Source: Bispira polyomma
Lineage: Eukaryota
Length of the DNA stretch: 64,000 nt
Direction of reading: 5' to 3'
Assembly (NCBI GenBank): GCA_965649765.1
Contig: OZ287755.1
Span: 45,942,001 to 46,006,000 of the forward strand
Positions 37,546 through 51,354 of the stretch are shown here, one piece after another (the first letter of the stretch is position 1; each line of letters starts with the position of its first letter). Under the pieces are notes generated by a model, which was given only the letters and a program-made list of their open reading frames with translations, made no database searches and was not told where the DNA came from. The position numbers and the translations under genes are program-made.

Positions 37546-40500
37546 TTAACGTCCCTTCGTGGCCTGATAAACAGGATCGTAGTCCACTCTGTATGCCCCT
37601 CCGACATACTTGCCAGCACCTTGACCTCCGCCAACTTGACCTAAATTTTGAAAAAGTTAAAAAAAAAATGATTAGGTCATAACATTCTTCCATTTGGAAT
37701 ATAAAATTTTCCTGAAAATGCATTGGTAACTGTTTGATTACATCAGTCCTATTTATTCCCCATATAAATGAACTGAATGAACACTTTCATATACCCAACA
37801 TATTGTACTTGACATGTGATGTCTGCTTCATACATTTTTGAGTATCATTTGATGAACCTAAGATGTAGCTTTTTTCTTCCTAGCTGAATAAACTATTTAT
37901 TACTTCAAATTGATGTATAGTGTCTTTTTAATTTAATCATCTTTTATCAATGGACTCTGTTAAATTTAGATATTATTATACCAGGCAACACTCAAGATTT
38001 ATAATTTATGGATCCATTTGTCAACATAGCATTCACTGTTATATTAAACATGGTGATTTGGTAGAGTTTTTCATTGCAAAGTAACTTAATTATATCACAT
38101 CTTTTCCTCATGCTAAAGTAGATAGTAACATGACTCCCTATCGAGTTAAATCTAGTTATCACCACGAAAGCCTGTTGAAAGAAACATCAAAACAGAATAA
38201 GCTCAAACTCTGTTAATGTAAGTTCTATCAGGAGAGTATTTAGAGTAAGCTGTGGTCACTTTAGTATGCCTCAATCAACATTTCTACTACATGTAAACAA
38301 AAGGAAAATTATATTGATGATACAGTATGGACTGGAACTCTAGCTTAAGCCATACCAGACTCTTCTGCTACATCAACTGCCGCTGCTGAGTAGCTATTGG
38401 AGCTTGAATATCTGGTGGGTCCTGAAGAGTAGTAACGGTAGCTGCCACGAGTAGGATAGGTGTAGCGGTAGTAGCTGGATGGAGCACTGTAGGAATAATA
38501 CCTAAAGGGTTGGCTGTAGGTGTAATACCTGAAAATATTGTGGTTTTGGTTAGCTGCATTGACATCATTACAGATTCCTACATTTAATATTACTACCTTT
38601 TTTAACAGTGGCATTATGCTGAGCTAAGATATAAGTAGCAAAAACTCCACCGGATGTACTTATTGTTTAACTGATATAACATTAAATTCTATAATACCTG
38701 TTTCATGACTTATGGGTAGCTAGAATAAAATTCTGATTATGACTACTGAACAATGTTGTTATTACTGTACAATAATTTTGCTTGTTGCGCCTCATAATCC
38801 GTTAGTCAGAGTTTAACTGCCATTATAGAATTAATTGGATTAGATTAGCTTAAAGTAATTTAGGTTTAGTTTAAACTGAGTTTAGATTGATATTGTTGTC
38901 CAAGTTACGCAGGTGTAGTACACCCATGAAATCTAGCCCCTTTACAGTGAACAGTACAGTAAACATCTTTAAGTTCTCGTAAACTCGGAACAAACAACAA
39001 CGAAAGTATCACAGGAAACCAAAGCAAATTTACATTTGTTTAAAGCTTCGTAATTATTCTTTAAAATTTGAAATTGAATCTATTTTATAATAATACAGAT
39101 TGTTAGATTTACTTGTTATAAAGACGGACCTGCATGGTAGGAAATAAACTTATATTGAATATTACTCTTTGTCTAACTTTTGCAGCCTGATTAAGTGTTG
39201 TAATGAATTACTTAAAAGAGGGCAAATACCACTCAAACATTATTTTATTGCCTACTTGAAGACCAATATATATAGTACATTCGTCTGCAGCAATCAGCTA
39301 TTAGAAACCTGTACAAATATAAACATTTTCCATGCTACTTCAGCAAATACAAAGACTCATATACCTGGTTAGTTAAACAGGGTATAGAAATATGTGGTTG
39401 TCGTCTAAGTATATGCATACATTCCTCATTTAAAGTCTGCATTTATTATTTATTGCAAAAATAGTATTTATTTTAATATTTGTTAGGCAAATTAGTTTGA
39501 AAGCTGATTATCATCTTATCTGACTGCTGTGGCTTAGCAATGGTTGTATTTTAGGGGTGACCTATTATATATGGCTGTGCATTCATGGAACTGAATCCAT
39601 AATAGCATAACTACATTTGTAGTTCAAGTATTTAATGAAACTATTTCAAAGCACTGAAGTATGATTACATTAACCATACTTAATATGTGGTAAAACATAG
39701 TTAAACAGTCACATAAATTTGATGTCAAGCTTCAGAATTGGTAAAAAAAATGACTGACCTGCTTGGAGTTCCGTAGTTGGAGTAGGAGCTCCACCTACTA
39801 TAAGCACCACCACCACCACCACCATAGTAGTTGCCTTTGCCATAACCTTGCACTGTTTGGAAGAGTAGTGTATGCCATTTTGATGTGATAACATATACTG
39901 ACAAAGTTAAATATTATTCTATAATCATCTATTGGTAGCACATACAATCGGCCACTGAAAGGGTTTGTATTTTATCCCCACTTGGGGCACCAAGTACAGC
40001 CACATACATAGTGGGTCATATGAATACTTATAATAAATAAATTATTTGTTCAGATATCAGCTGGTTTATGTTTTTGTCATTTAGCTGATAAAAATATATT
40101 TCTGTGGGTCACATTTGATTGGAAATAAATTTTGAAAAATACATATTGCACAAAAATCGGCTAATATCTGAACAAATAATTTTGCACCCCGACTAAAAAA
40201 TCTGATCTTATCTCATACATAGAGGTCCCTACAATGTAACTATTGAGATATAAATATAGACTGATATTAACATATGGAAGGGTAAACTTACTGATACATA
40301 ATAATGTAAATATTATTCCAAATATAACAATTGCATGGGCAATTCAGATAAGGCTATATCTGTTATACATCAGATTTATACTGCCAAGCCAGGTATATTC
40401 CCCTTAGGTATGTCAATCGTCCCTTGTCGGTGTTTTGGGAAGGAGCCTAATTTACTAGGGAACCAACACTTATTTTAACCAACACTTGTATTCAGTCTGT

Positions 40501-41437
40501 TTTATCTACTCTCAGCAGGCACATCGTTAATCTGTTTCTGTTATACATTTCTGTGTGTAATTACAATTACTTTATGCTGTGTTATCAACATCATTTTAAT
40601 TGTTGTTTGTAAACTATTTTGAACATTATTATAAGACTTTGATGAATTTGTAGTGATTAGCATTTTCTTGTCTTTACTCTTACTGTTTAAAGAAGAAAAA
40701 CAACATGTCCCCTACCTAAAGTATGTAAATAATATTAGATAACGTATGCCATCATTACTGTAAACCAATGTATATTTTGTGTGTATATATTTTTTATGTA
40801 TTGAAATAGTATAAACAACTACTGATTATGTCTGTCGATTTAATGAACTGACCATTTCAATCCAACACAGTTGTTTTCTTGTTTTGTTATATACTCTGTC
40901 GAGGGCAGCTATAAATAGTGCTAGCAATACGTGTTGAGTTAACAAATATAGAAAAGTTAATGTGATATTTTTAACAATTACCTTTGTTAACACAAACTGC
41001 CTTACATTTTTATTATCTAGTTCTATAACGGATCTGCATCTGAACCTGTTTATTTGAAAGGTCACATCTAAGTAAGATAGGTTTTGAGAATCAGTATCAT
41101 TCTACCCACTTTTAGTATAAAATATTTAACTGTAATACATACTACATCTATACCATACATACTACATACTCACCATGTGCAACTTGCCTGGTTGAATTGA
41201 AAGGTTATTCTTCAAAGTCATTCATCATTAAAGCTTTTCTAATAATGACACATATACGCTGCTTCAAATGTTACAAGATAAGTTTTGAGCATCCTTATCA
41301 GTCTACCCACTTTTAGTACACTATATTACAAATTATTTTACTGTAGTACATACTACTACTATACCATACATATAATCATACTCACCAATGGCAACTCCAA
41401 GAGCTAGCGCAACAAACAAAACAATCCACTTATCCAT
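37546..41437 (-). CDS. Secreted Tyr/Ser/Gly/Arg-rich protein, copy 1 (137 aa); exons 41437-41386, 39852-39759, 38528-38356, 37640-37546; non-coding last exon ~36869-36465
   Basis: GT-AG exons with phases 1,2,1 give MDKWIVLFVALALGVAIVQGYGKGNYYGGGGGGAYSRWSSYSNYGTPSRYYTYSQPFRYYSYSAPSSYYRYTYPTRGSYRYYSSGPTRYSSSNSYSAAAVDVAEESGQVGGGQGAGKYVGGAYRVDYDPVYQATKGR*. AATAAA at 36488-36483. The same structure is conserved in the paralogue. Confidence 0.87.
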
Positions 41438-41495
41438 GCTGTCTGGTTACAAGTAATCTAAACAACTCAGGCTTAAACATTGGCAAGTCTGCGCC

Positions 41496-41502
41496 TTATA
41501 TA
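41496..41502 (-). promoter_or_regulatory. TATA box of Tyr-rich gene copy 1
   Basis: CTATATAAGG about 60 nt upstream of the ATG; TTTATAAGG at the equivalent position in copy 2 (58689-58681). Confidence 0.65.
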
Positions 41503-43639
41503 GACAAGGAACATCCCGAAGTACTGGCCCCTGCCTTAAAAACTAAGGGGAGCTTCAGAAATACCATAAATTAGCAGCATAAAAATTAGTTAAAAACTAG
41601 ACATTAAAGTTTTAGTTAAAGTTCCTGTCAGTCAACTTTAATTATCCGAAACAGATGTGAGATTATTTTAGGAAGATTTTATTAACCCTGTAAGTATCAG
41701 GTTGTACTTGCTGTCAGCAACATTTGATTTATTGCCCTTGCAATTAATGTTTAACGATATCAAATTAATTACTTTATAAATAGTGTAGTCTGCTATGATT
41801 TATTTGTTAATCACTGAATACTTCATGTAAAAGTAAAAACATAAATGTATATTTTAAAATCCCAGCATCAGCCCAACTTGGTTAAAAAGCTAAGTTTCAT
41901 ACTTAAATTGTGACAAAATACATGCTCTTATTATGTTGGACACAACAAATCAAAATAAACTCTTCAAATTGGAAATAGTCCCCTCTTTGATACCCATCTG
42001 CACTGAAAAACTGAACCTTCAGATCAAATTTCCCACCACACATCAACCATCCCCAACTGCCCCCTTGTTTACATTGTTCCTAAAATATAATCAAAGTAAC
42101 TGTAACTTTCCTGCTGTAATTGAACTAGAGCGGATTGATCTGAGCCAGATGTAACTGAAAATAGTATGATCTAGATGTATTAATGTTGATGTATTTACGA
42201 TGTTAAAGATGTCTTTCTTACAGTGATTTACTTTTCCAAGCATATCTCCGGAAATAGACACTGAAGAAGTAATGAAGGTTGTAATGTAAGCTAGTAATGA
42301 AGGTTGAGGTCACATGTGTTTATCAGATTATGTTGTATGATGGGTTCTCTATATGTGGAAATTGGAGCTTACTTATTATCACTGTAGTCTTATGTATAAT
42401 AGATTGATATAGGAACAGGGTACAGTTACAAGACTTTCATTTACCAGTAGTGCAGGATGTCTGCTTTTGTAACCCATATAATGTAATAAGTAATACAAAA
42501 TACAGAAAAATAGTGACATATGAGTTATCATTTTCAAATATTAAGATTTAATATACATGGCTGTAGAAAATATATCACAGCATGTACATAAATCGAACAT
42601 ATCTAGACAGAGGATTGAAGATCATCACACAGTTTACCAAATGTCAGTGACATAGTATTGATTTAATAGGTCCTTGCTAGTGTAACTGAAAGACTCCTAT
42701 GCTACCTCTGCAGTCATGAGCCTTAATCTTGACCATGGCCTCTATGTGAAGAGGTCAGCAGTAGATTTGCTGAAAGCCACCTCAAAATTTTAGGAAAAAC
42801 CCCTTTTTTACTTTTCTGTCTACTCCCCCCTAGTTAGTATTACCGTAGGTTTTGATATCACCTGTACTCAGTGCCATATTCAATTTGTACACTGAACAAC
42901 AACAAACATCAACAAATTTTGGTGGCAACATATTATGTTTTTATTAGTTCTTGTTTTGTGATCGTTATTTACACTGTATGTACATGTTATTTAACTTTAC
43001 TCATGTAATCGGGAAACAAGGAGAAGTCCAGCTGCTGGTGGGTCGAAACCCCCAAAACAGCTAATAAGAGAATCAATAAGGCATGTCACAGCCAGCAAGA
43101 AATTTAACAGCCAATACACACGTTAGTTCTAGTGTACCTCCAATAATATCCTTGAGATTAGAGAGGATATGCCAATGCTGCTAACTTCCCAGTGGCATAT
43201 TACTGCTTGTAATCACACAGTTTCTGATCCAGTGGGATCTGAAAAAAAACAACATTATGGCCCATCTTACTGACTGGCTCAATGTTTAGACAGGATTGAG
43301 GTCTGGGACACCAGCAACTGTAACCCACTTATGTCGCCTCATACTACGGCCAATGTTACTGTACTAAACCAAAGAATCAATGATTGTATTGCAATGCTCC
43401 AGCCTATCTAGGTATGACATACACCATCACACCCAAATACAGATTGGGTTCAATTCCAAGTTCGACAGGCCCACCTAAAAAGAGAACTCATGTGGCGGGA
43501 TAGTTCGCAACATTGCCTGATGTCCAAGAAGTGGTTACCAGACACTAGCAAACAATGAACTCTTACAAGGTCAGACCATAACATCATAAGATACTAATTA
43601 AATTAATGTCTTAATTCTTGGTTTGGTTTATGCTCTTTG

Positions 43640-44450
43640 ATTGATTGAATCTTATCTTGACCATCCCGGTTAATTCATTGGGGTCAGTGAAGCCAAATCA
43701 TGTTTGGATCTCTTGTTTAGTGGCCCACAGGAGTCTGTCCTTGGGCCCCTTATTTATTCACTGTACACAATTCCACTAGGAAAAGTAATATTCTCACACC
43801 GGAATATAAATTATCACTTTGATGCAGATGATACACAAATCTACTGCTCTCTCACCCCAGAAGGTGTTCCTGGGCCCTCAAGCTGCCTCACATCAATTGA
43901 ATCTTTGATGAATAATTCTAAATTGAAATTGAACTTTTACTTAATGGTTCTAAAATTAAGAGGGTAAAGGTTCTAAAAAAAATTTATGGCAACTCTTCTT
44001 GGTAGCTACACTATTTCCGCCTAGTGCTAAAATCCTGGGTGTCACTTTTGACTTTGATTTTTACTTAAAAAATCTGTTAATCCTGCTACTGCAAAATGCT
44101 AAACTTTTGTAGGATTCGTCAACACATAACTATGGAAAATGCAGTTGTAGTTGCAAATGCCCTGTTGAGAATTATCTCTACATATAAATCGCACTATATC
44201 AAATGTATATGTTATTTTATGATGAGTCAACTTGATTACTGCAACTCACTACTTTATGGCATCAATTATGCAGAATTGAATGCCATGCTGGGCCTTGCTC
44301 ACAAACAACCCCTTTGCCTGAAAAGTTGCACTGGCTACATATTCGGTTCTATATAAAATTCAAGGTTAATGTCCTCATTTTTCAGACTGTCCATGTGGAG
44401 CAGCCAGCCTACTTATCATCTATGTTGTCTCTTAGCAATCTCACCAGAAG
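43640..44450 (+). mobile_element. Old degraded L2/CR1 RT fragment
   Basis: [44 protein letters not shown]. Confidence 0.85.
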
Positions 44451-45739
44451 AAACTGGGTAGGTGCACATTAAACGCCAACCAGGGGGTATCCTATTACCA
44501 GACAGGTGGGGTGCCTTTTATCAGGCAGGTGGGTTGGGTATTGTCTAATATATATCAAACCCCCAAATTGAGCATTAGTAATTATGGGAAATATTTGGGG
44601 AGAGTTTAAAAAACTGGATTTGGGACTGTTTGAGGTTTAGCATGTTTCTGGTTGCTAAGGACGCAGAAAGATGTAAGTTGCCTTGGAAGCCAAAAAAAGT
44701 TTTTTTATAAATATAAGTAAATGTCGTGTGTACAAAGTAAAATTTTACTGAGAATATGATTTCCGTGTATGAAATTGGCACATACTTTGATAAAAAGTGT
44801 GCCCTCCATAAACTCTATTGAATGGCTCTAAATTTTACAATTAACTCTATTATCACAGCCGCCATCTTGGATTTTCTTGGAGCCAAAAAGTGATATGCCA
44901 ATAATATGCTAATCTTAAAACATAGACATCTTAGCCATGCAGACACCGATTTTCATTCGGGAGAAAATGTCAGAAACTAGATGTACATGGTTTTCAGATG
45001 ATATAACTGATTTGGACTTAGATGTATATCTTGTATGCGCCTTTTTGGAGCATCTGAAGATAGAAGGAAAGCCAAAACCTGAGCAAATATGTCAGAAAGT
45101 AGTGAATGGATTTGCACGCAGTAAACAGTGCTGGAAAGCTTGGAATGTTATATTTAATTTAATATAAAGTATGACATCGTAGCTTCAGTTGGCCCGACCC
45201 CCAAACAAAACCCCTAAAATCCCAATGGATGAGGGCTTGACGTAGTGTGGCTTCCCTCAAAATGTTGACGTGTGTGTTGAAATGAATTCCTTACAAAGTT
45301 TTTCTATCAATGGATTTCAATGCTTTTGCCTGACTTACCTGGGCGTGACAACGTTTTCCCCATAGGGTGCAGCCTTCTTGCGAGATGACGTTTTCACCAT
45401 GTCACAGCCTTTTTATGACACATCCTTTTCTCCAAGGTCTGTCTTTGGGATATAAGTATAGACATGTGAAGGGCTTTCTTCTCATGCAAATAGAGCACAC
45501 CACCAAAAACGATCATTCTATAGGAGTCTGACTGTCTGACTGTGGCTTCAGCAATATCTTCTGGGTCCAGGGCAAAAGGCCAGAGATAAGTCCTGGATGC
45601 TTTGTTACATTATAGCAATTTTAAACTGTACAATAAAGCAGAATTGATTCTTTCCTAGACCAGCATAAATGCCTAGGGGTCCTCCTGTAGACCGAGCCAT
45701 GGCAGGCTTCTATTACATAGGGGATAGCTTGCTATGCTC

Positions 45740-48240
45740 CTGGTGTTTTCTCATGGTGGACAACTGGATCGCGTTTGACGAATCCTTGCACATTCACCTA
45801 AAAAACATCAACCCTGGTGTAACTTTGTGCAGATAATCTCCCCAGTAGCAAATCTGACTTATAACCTACAGAACAGAGATATATGGTTTTTATTACTGTG
45901 TTTATCCATGTGTTATGACAAGTCCTAGTATGAAAAAGAAAGAATGAACAAACTTTTGACTCCAATTAACTTTAATCCTGAACATCCTGTTAGTTTTTCT
46001 GGGTCACAAAAGCTGTATGAGACTGCAGTAAAAGAAGACTGGTCTGTAACCCTAACATATGTGAAATCCTAGTTAAGTGGAGAAGAGACTTATACATTGT
46101 ACAAACCTGCAAGAAGGACCATTAAAAGAAACAAATTCATTGCAGGGAGTATAGATCAGCAGTGGGATGTCTACCTGTTGGATATGACCAAAATTGCCCA
46201 TTGCATTTGTTCTGTCAGCCAAAGATATATTTTCACAGTATGTGTGGACAGTACCTTTGAATAACAAATCTAGAAATGAAGTTATTCGGCCTTTATAATT
46301 GATTTTCAAGGAAAAGACACCAGAAACGATGCCCTCTGCTAAAGGAACTACATATATAGGATCTAAAGTGAAACAGTTATTCACAGTGTATTCTGTCCGA
46401 CATTTTGTGACGCAAAATGAAGTCAATGCAAATTACACAGAGAAAGCTATTAAAACTATCAAAGGCAAGATTTACAAATACTTCACTTACAAACAAACCT
46501 ATAGGTACATTGATGTGTTGCAAGACATTACCAATGCTTATAAGTGGAGTGTACATCACTCTATTAAAATGACCCCAGCCAAAGTGACAAAAATTTCCAG
46601 AATCAGAATATCACATGCCAGAAAAACATTTAGTAAGAAATATGATCAGAGATGGAGTGGTGAACTTTTGAAAATAGTGAATAGGTCTTGAAGCTGTCCT
46701 ACCTACAAAGTGAATGATTATACAGGCTAATCCATTGAATGAACTTTTTTTACGAAGAAGAGTTACAGAAAGTCGTTGAGAGCAAATATTATAAAGTTGA
46801 AAATTTCTTGAGAGTTGAAAATTAAAATAGCACCCCAAAGAAGTTTTGGTACGATGGTTACACTCATCACCAAAGTATGACTCGTGAATATAAGCCAATC
46901 ATGTCACAAGATATAATCAATAAATATTATCAAAATACATTTTTAATCAGTGTCTGTCTTCATCTGTTTGACAAATGTGATGCAGTCAACATGTCTGGGG
47001 TAAAAAAGAACAAATATAACTGAGAAAGTGGAGGAAGAAGAACACCTCTGATAACAGAAAAATGATATCTTACAAAGAGGGGAGATTCTTACCAGTTTTG
47101 CTGGACCCTATTTTAGGGACTGTTATTCCCCATTGCTGAAAACTTATTGGATTATTACTATTTAAGTAGCAGGGTCTGTGTAAATCCAATAGAGACGGCT
47201 GCTACAGCCTTGGTCAGATTAGAAAGGATATGTGTGACCTGTTAGGAAATACCAAAATGGAACAGTCAGAAAAATGGAACTGTACAATCAGTCAATGATC
47301 CGACCCAAAGCCTATAATCGACAACGAAAAGATACTGTATTTCCCCCTGCAGAAAACTTTTGGAAGCTCTGGGTAAAACAGAATGACAGAGGTGTAATTT
47401 TGACGGATGAAAATCAGCATATTACTGATTTATTCAAGTCAGCCATATTTTGCTCAGAAGCTACAAAATGCTAATATTTCAGTCACGTTGATGGGTATCA
47501 GACCTCAGCTTTAGTAACCAGAAATGGAAACAGATATGTTTCCAAAATTGAAACCAGGACGGATACCAGAAATGAAACCAGAGCTGAAACCAGCATTCCT
47601 TTTTACCTGGGGATAGAAAAACAGAGTACCCATATGACATTCAAGACGGCACACACAATCTATACATCTATTGCATTTTATCAAGCCTGTAGCAGTGGGA
47701 TGCTAAAGTTCTTCTCTTTAGAATAGTACTCACATCTTAAATCTAGTATTCTATTATCCCTTGATAAGGAAAAATCAGGGTGAAATCATCCCATTTGTTG
47801 GTAGGAAGTTGTTGGTGACACTTCCCTTTTGTTAAAAATGAATCTCAAAGACTCCTGCTGTAATAATTATACACGTAGGCCTACAATGAATATTATACAA
47901 GTCAGGCTGAAAGTGGAATATCAACATTTCAAGGTTCACAATATCAGAAGGGTCAGCATTGATTGGAAAATTGCACCATTTATCAGAGAAGAATGCAAGA
48001 CTTTAATCGTGAAAATAGGCACCATAAGTCACACTAAAGAAAATCTATATTCTGGTCAAATTCCTAAACGCATTGTGATGGGATTTCTAAAGTACAGTGG
48101 CATTAATGGGCCCTACAAAGACGAATCCATTTCAGTTTGAAGGTTTTGATGTGGAACATATTGCACTCAGTGTAGGCGGAAGACTATTCCCTGGCAAGGC
48201 ACTGCAACCAAATATTGTCAAATATGGTAACCACATTGAC
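45740..48240 (+). mobile_element. Degraded Polinton/Maverick (adintovirus-like) relic: protease-like, rve integrase, pX-like GGFLP peptide and major capsid fragments
   Basis: Integrase: PEHPVSFSGSQKLY, YTL.KPARR, DQQW, EKAIKTIKGKIYKYFT..TYRYIDVLQDI...Y...HHSIKMTP, FSK.YDQRWSGE. Capsid: ENLYSGQIPKRIVMGF...FDVEHIAL...PGKALQP. Frameshifted QRG-RFLPVLLDPILG at ~47070-47120. Confidence 0.78.
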
Positions 48241-49779
48241 TTTTTTTAATCACTACCAGCCATTTTTCTTTCAAGTAAATGTGCCATGCTGTGTGACATG
48301 CCCCGGTGATAAGATCTGACTGCTTCGTTATGATGTGTGTTTGTGTTAATATTAATATTGCAAATTCCACTTAAATGCAAAGATCTCTATATATCTATCT
48401 GTACAGTTTTATATTATGTACACATATAATATTTTATCTTAAAAACATTTATAAGAATAATAATTTGCTCTTTGGAGGTCTCTATTGGAGTCTAAAATAT
48501 AAAACTCTACACCTTGTGTTGTAGAAACTTTAATATGCGGCAAATTTTCACATAAAATATTTAAACTGTATACATTATTAATGCTATATTTTCTATATTT
48601 TGGATTGACATGAACATAAATGTGGATATGATTTCCACTGGTGTATTGGATGTGTGTATTGCACAAGGGGCCCATACATAACAGTAGTGTAATATGTCTC
48701 CATGTAAATCCACGTAAATCCACAGGTGTACTATATGGGTGTATTGTACAATGTCCCTATGTATTACATCAGTGTAATGTGTCTCCATGTGAATCTACTG
48801 GTGCACTGAATGAATGTTGCTACAGAAAATAGTGTAATATCTATATGTCTCCTGGGATACCATCAGCTTTCTGAAAAAGAGTGTCACAAGACTTAAATAT
48901 GATCATCTAATATGCGCAATGTACTTCCTCCTTGTGTATGTGAACAGTAAAAGAATGGACTCTTCGCTGAGAAAGGCTGGGGTTTTGGGCTCAAAGACAA
49001 CCCTGGGATTCGATGGGTAGTGTTTTTAAAATTTCAAGTTCGTATTGGTCAGGCAGCTTACCATCAACATTTTGAAAGAAGGGGAACGACTGGACCAAAG
49101 CACCATTTTTGTTTTATTGTTTCATTAAACCATAAGCCATGGATTTGGGGTAGGAGGCATTTAATCTGATCCGTTTTTCAGTTTTTATTGCCAAAAAACG
49201 AAAAATCAAATTTTTTACACTAAAATGGGCCATTCACAGTGACATTGACAACAATCTTTACGTGGATAACTTCCACGATATCACAGTTGGAAGTTCATAG
49301 GAGGCATTACTAGTTAGTAAATGAGTAGCAATTATGTTTCAGATTGATATTCCTATTATTGACAACTTTTTTATTTTTTAATGATTACCTACTTTTACTA
49401 GTAGTAGTTAATCTGATCCAGGGCCTGTATTTATGAAAGGTATTTTTATGAAAAAATAGCTTAGTGATACTAATTTACTAACTTAAGCCAGTCTTTGACT
49501 TGGCGAAGGATTTAAATTTAAAAGAGCTAGGTATAATTCTGAAGTTGTGCTTTAATATAGCAGTTTTAGTCCCAAACAGCTCACCTCTTTACTAAAACAA
49601 AGTTGGATCACAAGGATCATTTCATGAAACAGAAATCAGTATGTTCCAATTTCTAACAATAACAAACCTTGATAATTGCTGGGAACTACCGAATCAACCA
49701 ATAAAAAGACAAAATATGCCTTGCCTTGAAAGAAATTAATTAATGTTGCTCCTCTAAATAAAAAACCTCAACAGTGTAT

Positions 49780-50500
49780 GAGGGACACACTGATGAAGGT
49801 AAGACAGAAGAAAACTGTTGGTTGCAGAATGCCATAAAACTCATCAATGCAGAATGTTTGAACAAGGGTGACACTGTGGCTTGGTCAGCCTATCATGTTA
49901 AGTCACTCGGCACATCAGATAAACTGCTGACACCGCAGACACTGCTTCACCTCTATTCAATGGGAGGCTGCAACCGCAGTTATGATAACACATGGAATGG
50001 ACATCCATTGAGAAGCTAAAGAATTCCTCAACCCTGGACAGATACCAATTATTGCACTTTATGACCTGGCAAAGGATATCCAGTGAAACTGGACTCAGAC
50101 ACATGGATGTTTTTTTTTTTGAATTTGGATATTTAATGTTCACTCTAGTACCTGTTTAGGTTATATTAGGATAGGTAGTTGGAAACGCTGGAGGAAACAT
50201 TGCATACAGTTGATCAAGGTTCTGCACTGAAACCAGCGGCCCAAAGTAAGGAACTACTACCTTCCCACATAGGCATTGACGGAAGTCGAACCCAAGCCAG
50301 CCGATCCTAGACGTGAGAGGACAGTGATTGTGAAGCACAATGCTTGCTAACGACTAGTCCACCGCTGCCCCCCTCATACACATGGAGAAAATGTTAAAAT
50401 GTTAGTTCGTCTCCACACTGAGATGGCACTGTATTATACAGGGACTACCTCAAAGGTTCAGGCTGGACAGCAGCATTAGCACAGAAAGGGATCTCACCTC
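49780..50500 (+). mobile_element. DNA-transposase relic (Academ-like), interrupted by a SINE
   Basis: Fragments AWSAYH, EAATAVMITHGMDI, FLNPGQIPII, LYDLAKDIQ*NW, THGE, LHTEMAL and DYLKGSGWTAAL across frames. The family assignment rests on recalled motif similarity only. Confidence 0.45.
50110..50372 (-). mobile_element. tRNA-derived SINE (same family as 32816-33068) with TSD
   Basis: B-box GGTTCGACTTCC; TSD ctca[g/t]acacatgga at 50094-50107 and 50373-50386. Confidence 0.88.
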
Positions 50501-50646
50501 CAAGCAGAGCTGATCTACGTCTAAAGTGGCCTACTATTACCTTCGACAAGGAAGTTATGTTATTTAGCCTATCTCCCTAATTTGGTTTTATGTTTGTCAC
50601 AATAATTACACAAAAAACAATGGATCGAATTACAGGAATTGTATAA

Positions 50647-51354
50647 GCCTACGCTTCCTTTCAGCATGTTTTTATCGGCTGATGTCGGCCGATTTTTTCC
50701 CTCATTATACAATACTACCAAATGCTTCCTTTCAGCAGATTTGCATCAGATCCGATCAGACGTCGGTCGACGTCTGTTTGGCCAACATATTTTATCTCTC
50801 AGGGAGGGAAAAAATCAGGAGGACTGTCCGATTTTTAAACAAAAATGGCTGCAAAAATGCTATCACAGGTATAGTTTCCATTCCATACATACTCAATATT
50901 CATCAGATATTGAAGTTACAAATGGACTGAGAAAGGTTATTTTATTGTGATTACTGTGTTTTTCCCCCATCAAAATTCGTTAAGAAACGGCTCAGATATT
51001 AAGATTAAAAGATGGGTACCCCACTTAACTTCCTCCTTATATTGTAAATAATTCATCACAAAACGTCATAATGACGTCAGTTTTGTAGCTACGTCACAGC
51101 TTAAACATCAAAAACTAAAAATGGGTATACTTACTTAACTGTATATATCTTAGCAGTTTCTCAACGAATTTTGGTGGAAAAAAAAGCACTGTAATCACAA
51201 TAAAATAACCTTTCTCATGACATTTTTGAAGCCAACATCCGACGAATATTGGGTATATATCTGATGAAAGGAAGCGCTACATCGGCCGACGTCGGCCGAC
51301 GTCGGACACACACAAATCGGCCGACGTCGGAATATGCTGAAAGGAAGCGTAGGC
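50647..51354. mobile_element. PIF/Harbinger-type (Tourist-like) MITE
   Basis: TAA|gcctacgcttcctttcagcat ... atgctgaaaggaagcgtaggc|TAA: perfect 21-bp TIR with 3-bp TAA TSD and subterminal tcggccga palindromes. Confidence 0.88.
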
